This document shows positions 17,963 through 26,317 of a DNA stretch of 64,000 nt, one piece after another. The translations under genes were made by a program, and so were the position numbers. The stretch comes from Bacilli bacterium. GTDB taxonomy: Bacteria; Bacillota_I; Bacilli_A; RF39; UBA660. How positions within the stretch are numbered: the first letter of the stretch is position 1; each line of letters starts with the position of its first letter. Below the pieces are notes generated by a model. It was given only the letters and a program-made list of their open reading frames with translations, was not told the origin of the DNA and searched no databases. The stretch spans positions 7,650 to 71,649 of the forward strand of contig JAFXTH010000014.1 in assembly GCA_017525035.1 (NCBI GenBank), in the 5' to 3' direction.

Positions 17963-20536
17963 ATGCCTAGAATTAGTAGTAGAAATTTTAAAAAAAATAC
18001 AATAGATATCATAGCTAAAAGGGCAGCATATATGTGCTCTAATCCAAAATGTAATAAACAAACAGAAGGACCAGCAGACAAAAAGACAATAAGTATAGGG
18101 GAAGCTGCACATATAAATGCCGTTTCAAGAAATGGTCCAAGATATGATCCGAGTTTGCCCGATGAGTATATTTCCAGTCAAGAAAATGGATTGTGGTTAT
18201 GTAGAGAATGTCATAAAAAGATAGATAACAAAAATGATAGAAGATATACTGTTGAACTTTTAAAGAGTTGGAAAGAACAGAGAGAAACAACAGCAGAAAG
18301 AAATCTTGGGATACCTAGGCCAACAATAGAACCATCAAATTATTCATATAATGAAATAGTAGATAATGAAAATATTAAGAGCAATGACGATAGTATTATA
18401 TTAACTAACAATTATAAACAAATAACAAAAGAATTGCTTAGTAATCTTAATGGTGTTGATGGAGAGTTAGCTAATTATATTTTTAATGACAAGACAAAAG
18501 AATATGAATCTGATTTAAACAATAGCTTAAGTTCTATTATTAAATGGTTTGTAGGGCAAAGAGATTTTCCAGTTAAAGATATTAACACTGTATATGATTA
18601 TTTTAATGCTGAAAAAATAAAAGTAAATAAGAGGGTTCTGAGTAGTAGAAGAAATGCTTTAATTAATTATTTCACTGGAAATATTGACAGTTCAAAAAAT
18701 ATTTATAGTAGATTGTATAACATAATCAATAAAAAAGATTATAAAGTTGATGACTGGATTTATGATGATTATCTTGTGGATGGTAGATTAATTATTGATA
18801 TTTTTGGAAAGGTTAATAAAAAGTACTATGACAATAAGTATGCAATTCAATTATCTATGCAGAAACATTACGTATTTTATCCTTACATAGATAAAATAGA
18901 AAAAGACATTTTTAATTCATCATTTAATAATACAATAAAATACAAGTATAAAAGAAGAAACACTTACTATTATGGAATGGGATTGGAAGGAATTTTCAAT
19001 GATATTCAAAGAGCAGTATTTATAACTATTATATATGGATCAATAGCTAATCTATTAAATATTAGAAATATGATGTCAAAAGTATTAATGATTTATGCTG
19101 ATAGATTAGATGATGATGAACTTTATGAATGGGCATTATTATTCTATGTTATGTGTGGTAATTATGATAACTACAAGTTAATATTAGAAAAAGTATCTTG
19201 TAAATATAGAGGACTAGAATCAGAAAGTTTTATTAGTCGTGTATTAAATTTGCGTAGTTCAATTACAAAATATACTGAAAATAATTTCGATATATTTATA
19301 TATGATACCTTTGGAAGATATCTTGATGATAAAAAATATGATATCTATGAAAGAAGAATATTGAAATTATTAAACAGCAATTATGTACCAGTTGTTAACA
19401 GTACAATTAAAAGTTTATATAGTAACATTCCAAGGTTTAAAAGAAAAGACAAACTTCTTGAATTCTTAAATAAGTATGTAAAAAAAGGTGGTTATAGGCA
19501 AGTACAAGAAGTTATAAAATATCTTAATTATAATGAACTGGGCGGCATTAATAAAAACTTACTAAAGGAAATAATCAAAAAGATAATAGACTCAAAAGAT
19601 TATTTAATAATAACTAATTTATTAGTAGAAATAAAGAAAATTGAAAAAATAAATGATTATGATGAAATTCTATTAAAAGAAAATACAGATGATAATCTCA
19701 TATATGAATTAAACAAAGATAATAAATTTACATCGAGAAAATTACAATTAATAGTTGATGAGTTATCAAAAAGGATTGAAGATAATATAATAACCGGTGC
19801 TGTGACAAGTTATTCGACAAATTATAAAATTTTGCCTAATTTTTTTGATAGAAGTAATAGTTCAAAAGATAGAATAATAACTGAAAATATTTTCCCACTA
19901 TGTGAAAAATGTTTATCTTCAAATAAAGTAGAATATATTGAGAAAATAAAATTATTAAGGACATTGATGTATATATTTTATTTTGATGAAAGATATAGTG
20001 ATAAAATAAAAGATATTGTATCTAAAACAGTTAAGGATAGTAATACTGGTATGTTTGATGAAGAAATAAGTGATGTATTTATAGAAGCCTATTTAATATT
20101 CTTTGACTATGTTTTTGGTGAAATTGATTTTATTGAGATGATAAGAAAATATATAGATATCTCTAATAATGAATATGTGTTTGAAGAAATAGGAATTGTA
20201 CTGGAGCATGTTTTAAAAAAAGAAAGTATAAATATTGAATCGAAAGAAATGTTAATATTATTTATACAACAAAAGATTAATTCGAATATATCAAGTGATA
20301 GAATTACTGCAATTAAACTTACAAGATACCTATATAATACTGAATTATTCGATGAGATATACGATGTTTTATATAGTAGATCAATTGACTCAAGTTACAA
20401 TGAAATGAGAACAATAATGTCAGTTGTAAACGAGTTGGATAAGAGAGACAAAAAAATTAAGGCAATTTGTTATAACTTAATTAATAATAGAAATTATAAT
20501 ATCAAATATATGGGGAAAAAATATTTAAAACAATAA
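17963..20536 (+). CDS. HNH (His-Me finger) nuclease domain fused to a ~750-aa helical region of unknown function
   Basis: CSNPKC...EAAHINAVSRNGPRYD...NGLWLCRECHKKIDN (about 18020-18235). The rest has no recognisable motif. ATG 17963 sits behind GGAG. Confidence 0.6.
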   Translation: MPRISSRNFKKNTIDIIAKRAAYMCSNPKCNKQTEGPADKKTISIGEAAHINAVSRNGPRYDPSLPDEYISSQENGLWLCRECHKKIDNKNDRRYTVELLKSWKEQRETTAERNLGIPRPTIEPSNYSYNEIVDNENIKSNDDSIILTNNYKQITKELLSNLNGVDGELANYIFNDKTKEYESDLNNSLSSIIKWFVGQRDFPVKDINTVYDYFNAEKIKVNKRVLSSRRNALINYFTGNIDSSKNIYSRLYNIINKKDYKVDDWIYDDYLVDGRLIIDIFGKVNKKYYDNKYAIQLSMQKHYVFYPYIDKIEKDIFNSSFNNTIKYKYKRRNTYYYGMGLEGIFNDIQRAVFITIIYGSIANLLNIRNMMSKVLMIYADRLDDDELYEWALLFYVMCGNYDNYKLILEKVSCKYRGLESESFISRVLNLRSSITKYTENNFDIFIYDTFGRYLDDKKYDIYERRILKLLNSNYVPVVNSTIKSLYSNIPRFKRKDKLLEFLNKYVKKGGYRQVQEVIKYLNYNELGGINKNLLKEIIKKIIDSKDYLIITNLLVEIKKIEKINDYDEILLKENTDDNLIYELNKDNKFTSRKLQLIVDELSKRIEDNIITGAVTSYSTNYKILPNFFDRSNSSKDRIITENIFPLCEKCLSSNKVEYIEKIKLLRTLMYIFYFDERYSDKIKDIVSKTVKDSNTGMFDEEISDVFIEAYLIFFDYVFGEIDFIEMIRKYIDISNNEYVFEEIGIVLEHVLKKESINIESKEMLILFIQQKINSNISSDRITAIKLTRYLYNTELFDEIYDVLYSRSIDSSYNEMRTIMSVVNELDKRDKKIKAICYNLINNRNYNIKYMGKKYLKQ

Positions 20537-20548
20537 TTTGATAAAGAA

Positions 20549-20576
20549 GATATACCATTGGTATATTCTTTTTTTG
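20549..20576 (+). terminator. rho-independent terminator
   Basis: AGATATACC-att-GGTATATT hairpin plus T-run. Confidence 0.55.
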
Positions 20577-20598
20577 TTATCTATATGTAAACTTTTAT

Positions 20599-20627
20599 TT
20601 GAATTATATATTGTTCTTTAATATAAT
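20599..20627 (+). promoter_or_regulatory. near-consensus sigma-A promoter
   Basis: TTGAAT (20599-20604), 17-nt spacer, TATAAT (20622-20627). Confidence 0.6.
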
Positions 20628-20781
20628 AGAGGCGAGTAGTCTTATACAAGGATTTTTCAATGTTAATTGTGCTCTTAGACTAAGTTGGTTGTTTAATCAC
20701 AAGTTGGAAGGTTCTGTACAGGGAAGAGATGGTGCAATACCATCAATCTTTTATTTATGCCAACTAGAAGGAGTGATTTTT

Positions 20782-20859
20782 ATGAATTTTAATTTATCTA
20801 TAAGTATAGTAGTTAATGTTTTATTTGCTCTTTTCTCTTTTAGAAAATTCCTTGTATAA
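20782..20859 (+). CDS. 25-aa hydrophobic peptide (type I toxin-like or leader peptide)
   Basis: GAAGGAG RBS 8 nt upstream of the ATG. Peptide is MNFNLSISIVVNVLFALFSFRKFLV. The last codons and stop pair with the predicted mRNA 5' end. Confidence 0.4.
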   Translation: MNFNLSISIVVNVLFALFSFRKFLV

Positions 20860-20891
20860 GAGTATTCGTTGCATAGAAGGAGGATAAAATT

Positions 20892-21575
20892 ATGGATGAT
20901 GATAAATATAAAATTCAAAGAATATATTATCTGTTAGAAGGTATGAGGGATAGTATTGAACCACGTGACGACATAAATGTTGATAATAACACAGTAAAAA
21001 CATATAACATTTTATTGAATGATTTGATGAAGTGTACCGGTGAACCGTTTGAAGCATATAAGTTTGATGACAAAGACACACCATATGGTAGATATTTTTT
21101 ATATAGAATAAATCCAGTTATTAATTATTTAAAGCATATGCATATTGAAACATCTGAGTATCAAATAGAAAAAATAGGGGCATTGTACAAATCTCTTGAA
21201 GATAAAGAACTAAGAAAAAGATGTGAAGACATTCTTTTAGGAGATGCTGCCTTTGATAGAGCAATTAATCAAGCTACACAAGTTTTAGAAGATAGAATAA
21301 AGAAAAAAGCCAATTTATCTAGAACTCCTTTAACAGGGTTAAGCTTAGTTTCAAGAGCTATACACAAGGATTTAAATGAAACAATTATTAAATTAAGTGA
21401 TGAGCCAAATGTCCAAGAGGGTTATTCTAATTTATTTAAAGGAGTAATAGGTATTTACAGGAATCCTACGCATCATTCATTAACTTATAATTGTAGTCGG
21501 GAATATGCTTTAAAAACGTGTGCATTTATAGATGATTTATTAAAAGAAATAGATAAGGGGCAAGTGGTAAAATAA
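20892..21575 (+). CDS. TIGR02391 (Hypoth_Ymh)-type protein with HEPN-like R-N-x3-H motif
   Basis: C-terminal LFKGVIGIYRNPTHHSL...REYALKTCAFIDDLL. RNPTHH lies at 21459-21476. RBS GAAGGAGG. Confidence 0.55.
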   Translation: MDDDKYKIQRIYYLLEGMRDSIEPRDDINVDNNTVKTYNILLNDLMKCTGEPFEAYKFDDKDTPYGRYFLYRINPVINYLKHMHIETSEYQIEKIGALYKSLEDKELRKRCEDILLGDAAFDRAINQATQVLEDRIKKKANLSRTPLTGLSLVSRAIHKDLNETIIKLSDEPNVQEGYSNLFKGVIGIYRNPTHHSLTYNCSREYALKTCAFIDDLLKEIDKGQVVK

Positions 21576-21629
21576 TTATACTGTTAACTAAAATAGGCAT
21601 AATCATTTATAATTGTGCTTTTTCTATAT

Positions 21630-21652
21630 AAAAAAGAGCAGATTAACTGCTC
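21630..21652 (-). terminator. rho-independent terminator on the minus strand
   Basis: Minus strand reads GAGCAG-ttaat-CTGCTC followed by T6. Confidence 0.65.
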
Positions 21653-21771
21653 ATGAAAGGATGCTGTACTGTCCTATGTAAAAGTTCCCTATAAACGTGG
21701 ATTTGAGCAGGACAGGTATCTTTGAAAAACAAGATACATAGGGAACTCAAAACCGCCTTCAAAACTTTCAT
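21643..21771 (-). CDS. 42-aa peptide with hydrophobic N-terminus (candidate type I toxin) or structured small RNA
   Basis: Minus strand reads TATAAT...AAAGGAG-10 nt-ATG. Peptide is MKVLKAVLSSLCILFFKDTCPAQIHVYRELLHRTVQHPFMSS. The coding region is packed with inverted repeats and followed by a terminator. Confidence 0.35.
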   Translation of the reverse strand: MKVLKAVLSSLCILFFKDTCPAQIHVYRELLHRTVQHPFMSS

Positions 21772-21982
21772 TTTTATATTTCTCCTTTCATTAGTATTAT
21801 ATAATATTAAGTTACAAAACAAATAATAAAGCATATTAATAAATTACATTCTCAATATTTGCGACTAATTCTCAGTTTAAGAGATTGAAGTTCTTATGAC
21901 ACATCTAGTACTATTGAGTTGTAATTGATGTCTTGCATCTTATTTTTATAATAATATGCATGGTGTTGAAGTAGGAGGATTA

Positions 21983-24115
21983 ATGAAGTTAGAATTTTTA
22001 AAATTGAAAAAAGAAAATATTTTTTGTGATGATTTTAACCGTCTTAGTAGAAATAACATTATTGATTTTGATGAATCAAAAATAAATATTTTATATGCAC
22101 CAAATGGTGTCGGTAAAAGTACATTTTGCAAAACTTTAAAAGGTGATGGTGAGTTTGAGCTTAATTATAATGGGATATCTTATGACAATACTAATTGCAA
22201 TATCTTTCATATTATAAGTGACCAAAACAGCAGAAACATCATAGAAGGTGATGCTAAAGATTTTTTACTTGGTGATAATATTGTAAAAGAATTTGATTTA
22301 AGAGAGTGGCTTAATCAAAAGTTTTTAGATATATTTAATACACTAAAAGGTAGTTATAAAGATAAGTTAAACATAGCAAAAAAAACTGATAAGAAAATAG
22401 AATGGCTTGATAAAGATAGTGTGGAATTAGTTCAAAGAATAACAAAGAATGGCTCAAAACCAGCTGACATTGATTTAGATGATTATTTAAGTTATATATC
22501 TAGCTTAGAACAGGTGGAAATTGGTGAGTATGAAGAGGAAAAGTTAGAGTATATTAAAAATGATTCAAATACGGAATTGATAAACGAATTATTAAATATA
22601 AGGGATATAACAGGAAACGAAAAATTCTCAAAAATAGAACAATGCGATGATGCTGTGCTAATACTTAATAAGTATCATGATTTAACCAATTGTATTGTAT
22701 GTGATAACGAAAATATAAATGCTGATGACCTAATATCTTCGAAAAAGCAGCAAAAAGATGTTATAATTAATGGGCTTGATATTAGGGATAAAAACATATT
22801 AGATAGAATAATCAATAGAATTTCAGATGATGATGTGTTTGACATTAAGCACACTCTTACTAATGCTATAGTTACGGGAAGTATACAAGAAGTAAATGAC
22901 TTGTTGGCTACTATTAATTACTATAAAACGGTTTTTTCAAAAATATCAAACAATATATTAAAAAACTCAATTCCTATTGAATTTATTGAAAAATATAATG
23001 AATATAAGATTATGTTGAGCAATGAATTGAATTTTTCAGATGAAGATCTTCTTTTTATTGAAAAGTTTATAGCAGATAATATTGGTAAAGAAATAAAATT
23101 GTGCCGTAAAGATAAGAAAATAGCAATAACGCTTAATTCTGAAGATTTTTTAGGAGTTGAACGTCAGAACTTAAAATTAAGTTCTGGAGAACAAAACTTT
23201 ATTTCTTTGACCTTTGAATTGTTGAAAGCTAGAAATATGCAACAAGAAATAGTAGTAATAGATGATCCAATTTCAAGTTTTGATTCTATTTTTAAAAATA
23301 AGTTAGTTTTTTCAATAATAAAATTTCTTGAAAATAAAAACGTAATAATTTTGACACATAATATTGATTTAGTAAGACTTATTGAATATCAAAAAAAGGG
23401 TAATTATGGACTCTATATATTTAATAATTATGAAGGACAAGAGAATGGATTTATTAATATTTCAAATAATGAAAAAAATATTATGATATCTATTCCTGAA
23501 TTACTTAATTTTATTCGAGGAGATCAAATTGATAATGATATTAAAGATGAAAGAATGTTTCTGTACTCATTAATCCCATTTATGCGTGGTTATGCAAATT
23601 TTATTGGCGATTGTGGTAGTAAAAACTTATTAAATAATCTTATGCATGGATATAAAACAGAAATAGTTGATTTAACAGCAATATATAATTCATTTTTTTC
23701 AAAAAAAAATAATAATAACTATAGTATTAGTGTTAGTGATTTGCTTTCAACTGATATTAATACTATTCCAGTAATAATTGATAATGAAAAGTACCCACTT
23801 TTAAATAGAGTCTTATCAAATAATTTTGTTTATTTGTTTTTAAGGCTTAAAACTGAAAAAACTTTAGTTGATAAATATGTTATAAATACCAATCATAAGG
23901 ATCAGTTGGCAAGTATAATTTATGAAGCCTTTAAAACTGACACACCAGATAATATTAAGATGAAAGTCTTCTTTTTTTCGAAGAAGACATTGCTTAATGA
24001 GTTCAATCATTTTGATGGTAATATGAACATATTCCAACCTGCAATTGATATTTCTGAAAAAATATTAAATAAAGAAAAAAGTGAAATAATTGATATGTTG
24101 AATTCTTTATTATAA
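21983..24115 (+). CDS. AAA_13-type ABC ATPase, RloC/PrrC-like (candidate anticodon nuclease)
   Basis: Walker A APNGVGKST, a long insert containing CIVC (22691-22702), signature LSSGEQ, Walker B VVIDDPISSFD, and a ~230-aa C-terminal domain. ATG 21983 sits behind AGGAGG. Confidence 0.55.
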   Translation: MKLEFLKLKKENIFCDDFNRLSRNNIIDFDESKINILYAPNGVGKSTFCKTLKGDGEFELNYNGISYDNTNCNIFHIISDQNSRNIIEGDAKDFLLGDNIVKEFDLREWLNQKFLDIFNTLKGSYKDKLNIAKKTDKKIEWLDKDSVELVQRITKNGSKPADIDLDDYLSYISSLEQVEIGEYEEEKLEYIKNDSNTELINELLNIRDITGNEKFSKIEQCDDAVLILNKYHDLTNCIVCDNENINADDLISSKKQQKDVIINGLDIRDKNILDRIINRISDDDVFDIKHTLTNAIVTGSIQEVNDLLATINYYKTVFSKISNNILKNSIPIEFIEKYNEYKIMLSNELNFSDEDLLFIEKFIADNIGKEIKLCRKDKKIAITLNSEDFLGVERQNLKLSSGEQNFISLTFELLKARNMQQEIVVIDDPISSFDSIFKNKLVFSIIKFLENKNVIILTHNIDLVRLIEYQKKGNYGLYIFNNYEGQENGFINISNNEKNIMISIPELLNFIRGDQIDNDIKDERMFLYSLIPFMRGYANFIGDCGSKNLLNNLMHGYKTEIVDLTAIYNSFFSKKNNNNYSISVSDLLSTDINTIPVIIDNEKYPLLNRVLSNNFVYLFLRLKTEKTLVDKYVINTNHKDQLASIIYEAFKTDTPDNIKMKVFFFSKKTLLNEFNHFDGNMNIFQPAIDISEKILNKEKSEIIDMLNSLL

Positions 24116-24179
24116 AGTATATGTTCACTTGTGTATACATTCGTTTTTCTATGTTATTATCTTTTTGAGGTGACCAATT

Positions 24180-24788
24180 ATGACCAATATATTATTACAT
24201 TTCAATATAAGAGTTGTCTATAATCAGTTTAAAGATAATGAGACTGATACTAATTATGATATTAAAGAGTTTATTGATTCTAATATGACATTAAAAGAAT
24301 CTATTGATTATATTTTTAACTTATATAATATTAAATTATCTAAAGAACAAAAGAAACATAAGTATACTAATTTACCTGAATATATATTTGGATGTTTTAG
24401 TTCATCATCTTTTGATTATAATGAAGATGAAGTTATGAACACTAAGATAGGTGTGCTTGAAGAATATTTTAAAATATCTGAAAGAATACTTTCTATACAT
24501 TATGTAGATGGTATTGGTGGTACTCTTGGAGAAAGTGAAGGAATAATATATTTTTTTCATACAAGAGAAAAAGATCTTCATAATACTCCACATATTCATT
24601 GCTGGTATTCTGGTGAAGAGTTTAGAGTGAATCTTAAAACTTTAAAGATAATAGATGATTCTTTTAAATCAAGAAAAAAGACTAAACTAGCTATGGAAGT
24701 AGTTACTAGAAATAAAGATGAATTTATTAGAATATGGAACTTAGCAGTAGTGAAAGGTCTTCCCTTTGAGTTTAAGGGAGAAATATAA
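24180..24788 (+). CDS. DUF4160-like domain protein with a ~110-aa N-terminal extension
   Basis: IYFFHTREKDLHNTPHIHCWYSGEEFRVNL resembles the DUF4160 core (..F....H.PPHFHA.Y.g.e..). Confidence 0.4.
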   Translation: MTNILLHFNIRVVYNQFKDNETDTNYDIKEFIDSNMTLKESIDYIFNLYNIKLSKEQKKHKYTNLPEYIFGCFSSSSFDYNEDEVMNTKIGVLEEYFKISERILSIHYVDGIGGTLGESEGIIYFFHTREKDLHNTPHIHCWYSGEEFRVNLKTLKIIDDSFKSRKKTKLAMEVVTRNKDEFIRIWNLAVVKGLPFEFKGEI

Positions 24789-24837
24789 GAAAGTTATATT
24801 TTAGTAAAATTTAATATATTTAACTTTGAATATTTAG

Positions 24838-24877
24838 AAGTACTAAGAAGAATTAATATTTTTCTTAGTACTTTTTT
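24838..24877 (+). terminator. rho-independent terminator
   Basis: 12-bp stem AAGTACTAAGAA/TTCTTAGTACTT plus T-run. Confidence 0.75.
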
Positions 24878-24953
24878 ATTGAATTTAATAAATTGCTAGT
24901 TTGTAATACTTTTGATATTGAATTATTATTAGTTCCTAAGAAGGAGAAGTAAG

Positions 24954-25751
24954 ATGAATAACATAGAAATTAATAATAGTTTATTTGAAGATATTAAACA
25001 TGTTGATGAAGAAGGTAACGAATATTGGAATGCACGAGAACTAAAAAATGTGCTTGGATATGTTCAGTGGAGAAGGTTCAACGACGTAATTAATAAATCT
25101 AAAGATGCATGTAAAAATAGTAATTACAATGTGGTAAACCATTTTGCCGACATTGGCAAAATGGTTAAGACTGGAAATTCAATAAGAAGAATTTTGGATT
25201 ATAAATTAACTCGATATGCTTGCTATTTAATTGCACAAAATGGAGATAGTAGAAAACAAGTAATTGCTCTTGCTCAAACATATTTTGCAATACAAACTAG
25301 AAAACAAGAACTTATTGAAAAAGAATATGAGTTGTTAACAGAAGATGAAAAAAGACTATATCAGAGAAATTTAACAAAGAAAGGGAATTATTCTTTAAAT
25401 CAAGTTGCTAAAAATGTTGGTGTTAAAAACTTTGATAAATTTCATAATGCTGGATATAAAGGTTTGTATAATGGTGAAACGGCAAATGATATTGCTAAGC
25501 GTAAAGGATTAAGATATAGAGAAGATATTTTAGATAATATGGGAAGTGTAGAATTAGCTGCTAATTTATTTAGAATAACACAAACGGAAGAAACTCTTAA
25601 GAATAAAAAAATAAAAGGTGAGAACAATGCTAGTAAAACTCATAATAAAGTTGGTAAAATAGTTAGAAAAGCTATTAAAGATGCTGGTGGAACAATGCCA
25701 GAAGACCTGACTACGCCTGATAAGAGTTTGAAAGAATTAGGGAAAAAATAA
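24954..25751 (+). CDS. dinD: DNA damage-inducible protein D (DinD family)
   Basis: WNARELKNVLGY..W..F..VI.K....C, KLTRYACYLIAQNGDSRKQVIALAQTYFAIQTR. Confidence 0.7.
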   Translation: MNNIEINNSLFEDIKHVDEEGNEYWNARELKNVLGYVQWRRFNDVINKSKDACKNSNYNVVNHFADIGKMVKTGNSIRRILDYKLTRYACYLIAQNGDSRKQVIALAQTYFAIQTRKQELIEKEYELLTEDEKRLYQRNLTKKGNYSLNQVAKNVGVKNFDKFHNAGYKGLYNGETANDIAKRKGLRYREDILDNMGSVELAANLFRITQTEETLKNKKIKGENNASKTHNKVGKIVRKAIKDAGGTMPEDLTTPDKSLKELGKK

Positions 25752-25777
25752 TATACGTTAGAATAGTATATGTTTTT

Positions 25778-26251
25778 ATGTTCATAATAATCATGGTGAT
25801 TATTATGGAACCTTATTTAAATAATCTTGCTTCTTCTCAAACATTCTTGACTATTATCTCTGGTACTTTTGTATATATCTTAAGTCAGTTCTTTATGGAG
25901 TTTATAATTGTACCTAGGAAAGATTATAAAAGAGTAAAAGAAAAGATTATATATCATGTTAAGATGTATTCACTGTATTATTTAAATCCTTATGATTTAA
26001 ATAATACAAATAATAATACTAGAGATAAAGCTGAATACGATAATGCTAGTCGTGAGATTAGACAAGTAGGGGCAGAACTATCTAGTTATATTGGTCTAAT
26101 GAGTAAGATTAGATTTATTAGAAGAAAAAGATTATTAAAAGTACAAGATGCTTTAATAGAATTATCTAGAGGGTTTATTTATAGGAAGAATAATCCTATT
26201 AAAGATAATAAAAGAGTTGTTAAGATTATTGAAGATAATTTATACAAATAA
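25778..26251 (+). CDS. small membrane-anchored hypothetical protein
   Basis: One N-terminal TM helix (LTIISGTFVYILSQFFMEFIIV). Start is ambiguous (25778/25793/25805). Confidence 0.45.
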   Translation: MFIIIMVIIMEPYLNNLASSQTFLTIISGTFVYILSQFFMEFIIVPRKDYKRVKEKIIYHVKMYSLYYLNPYDLNNTNNNTRDKAEYDNASREIRQVGAELSSYIGLMSKIRFIRRKRLLKVQDALIELSRGFIYRKNNPIKDNKRVVKIIEDNLYK

Positions 26252-26273
26252 AGATGTCATGTTGACATCTTTT
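26252..26273 (+). terminator. rho-independent terminator
   Basis: AGATGTCA-tgt-TGACATCT hairpin plus T-run. Confidence 0.6.
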
Positions 26274-26317
26274 ATTCATGTTTGTATTATAGTAAGTTAT
26301 CTTGGAGTGATTGTTAT

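Noticed and set aside
20599-20859. 86-aa ORF from the track (non-ATG start at 20599)
   Set aside because: Its start coincides with the -35 box of a consensus promoter and has no RBS. Only the last 25 codons (20782-20859) have a strong RBS, so the short peptide is the plausible product.
21643-21834. 63-aa version of the minus-strand ORF
   Set aside because: The upstream ATG lies before the TATAAT box and the AAAGGAG RBS. The internal ATG at 21771 is the one served by the RBS, so a 42-aa ORF, or a non-coding RNA, is preferred.
21600-21960. Retron, tRNA or CRISPR-associated RNA in the structured intergenic region
   Set aside because: No reverse transcriptase or cas gene lies nearby, no tRNA cloverleaf can be drawn, and no repeat-spacer periodicity is present.
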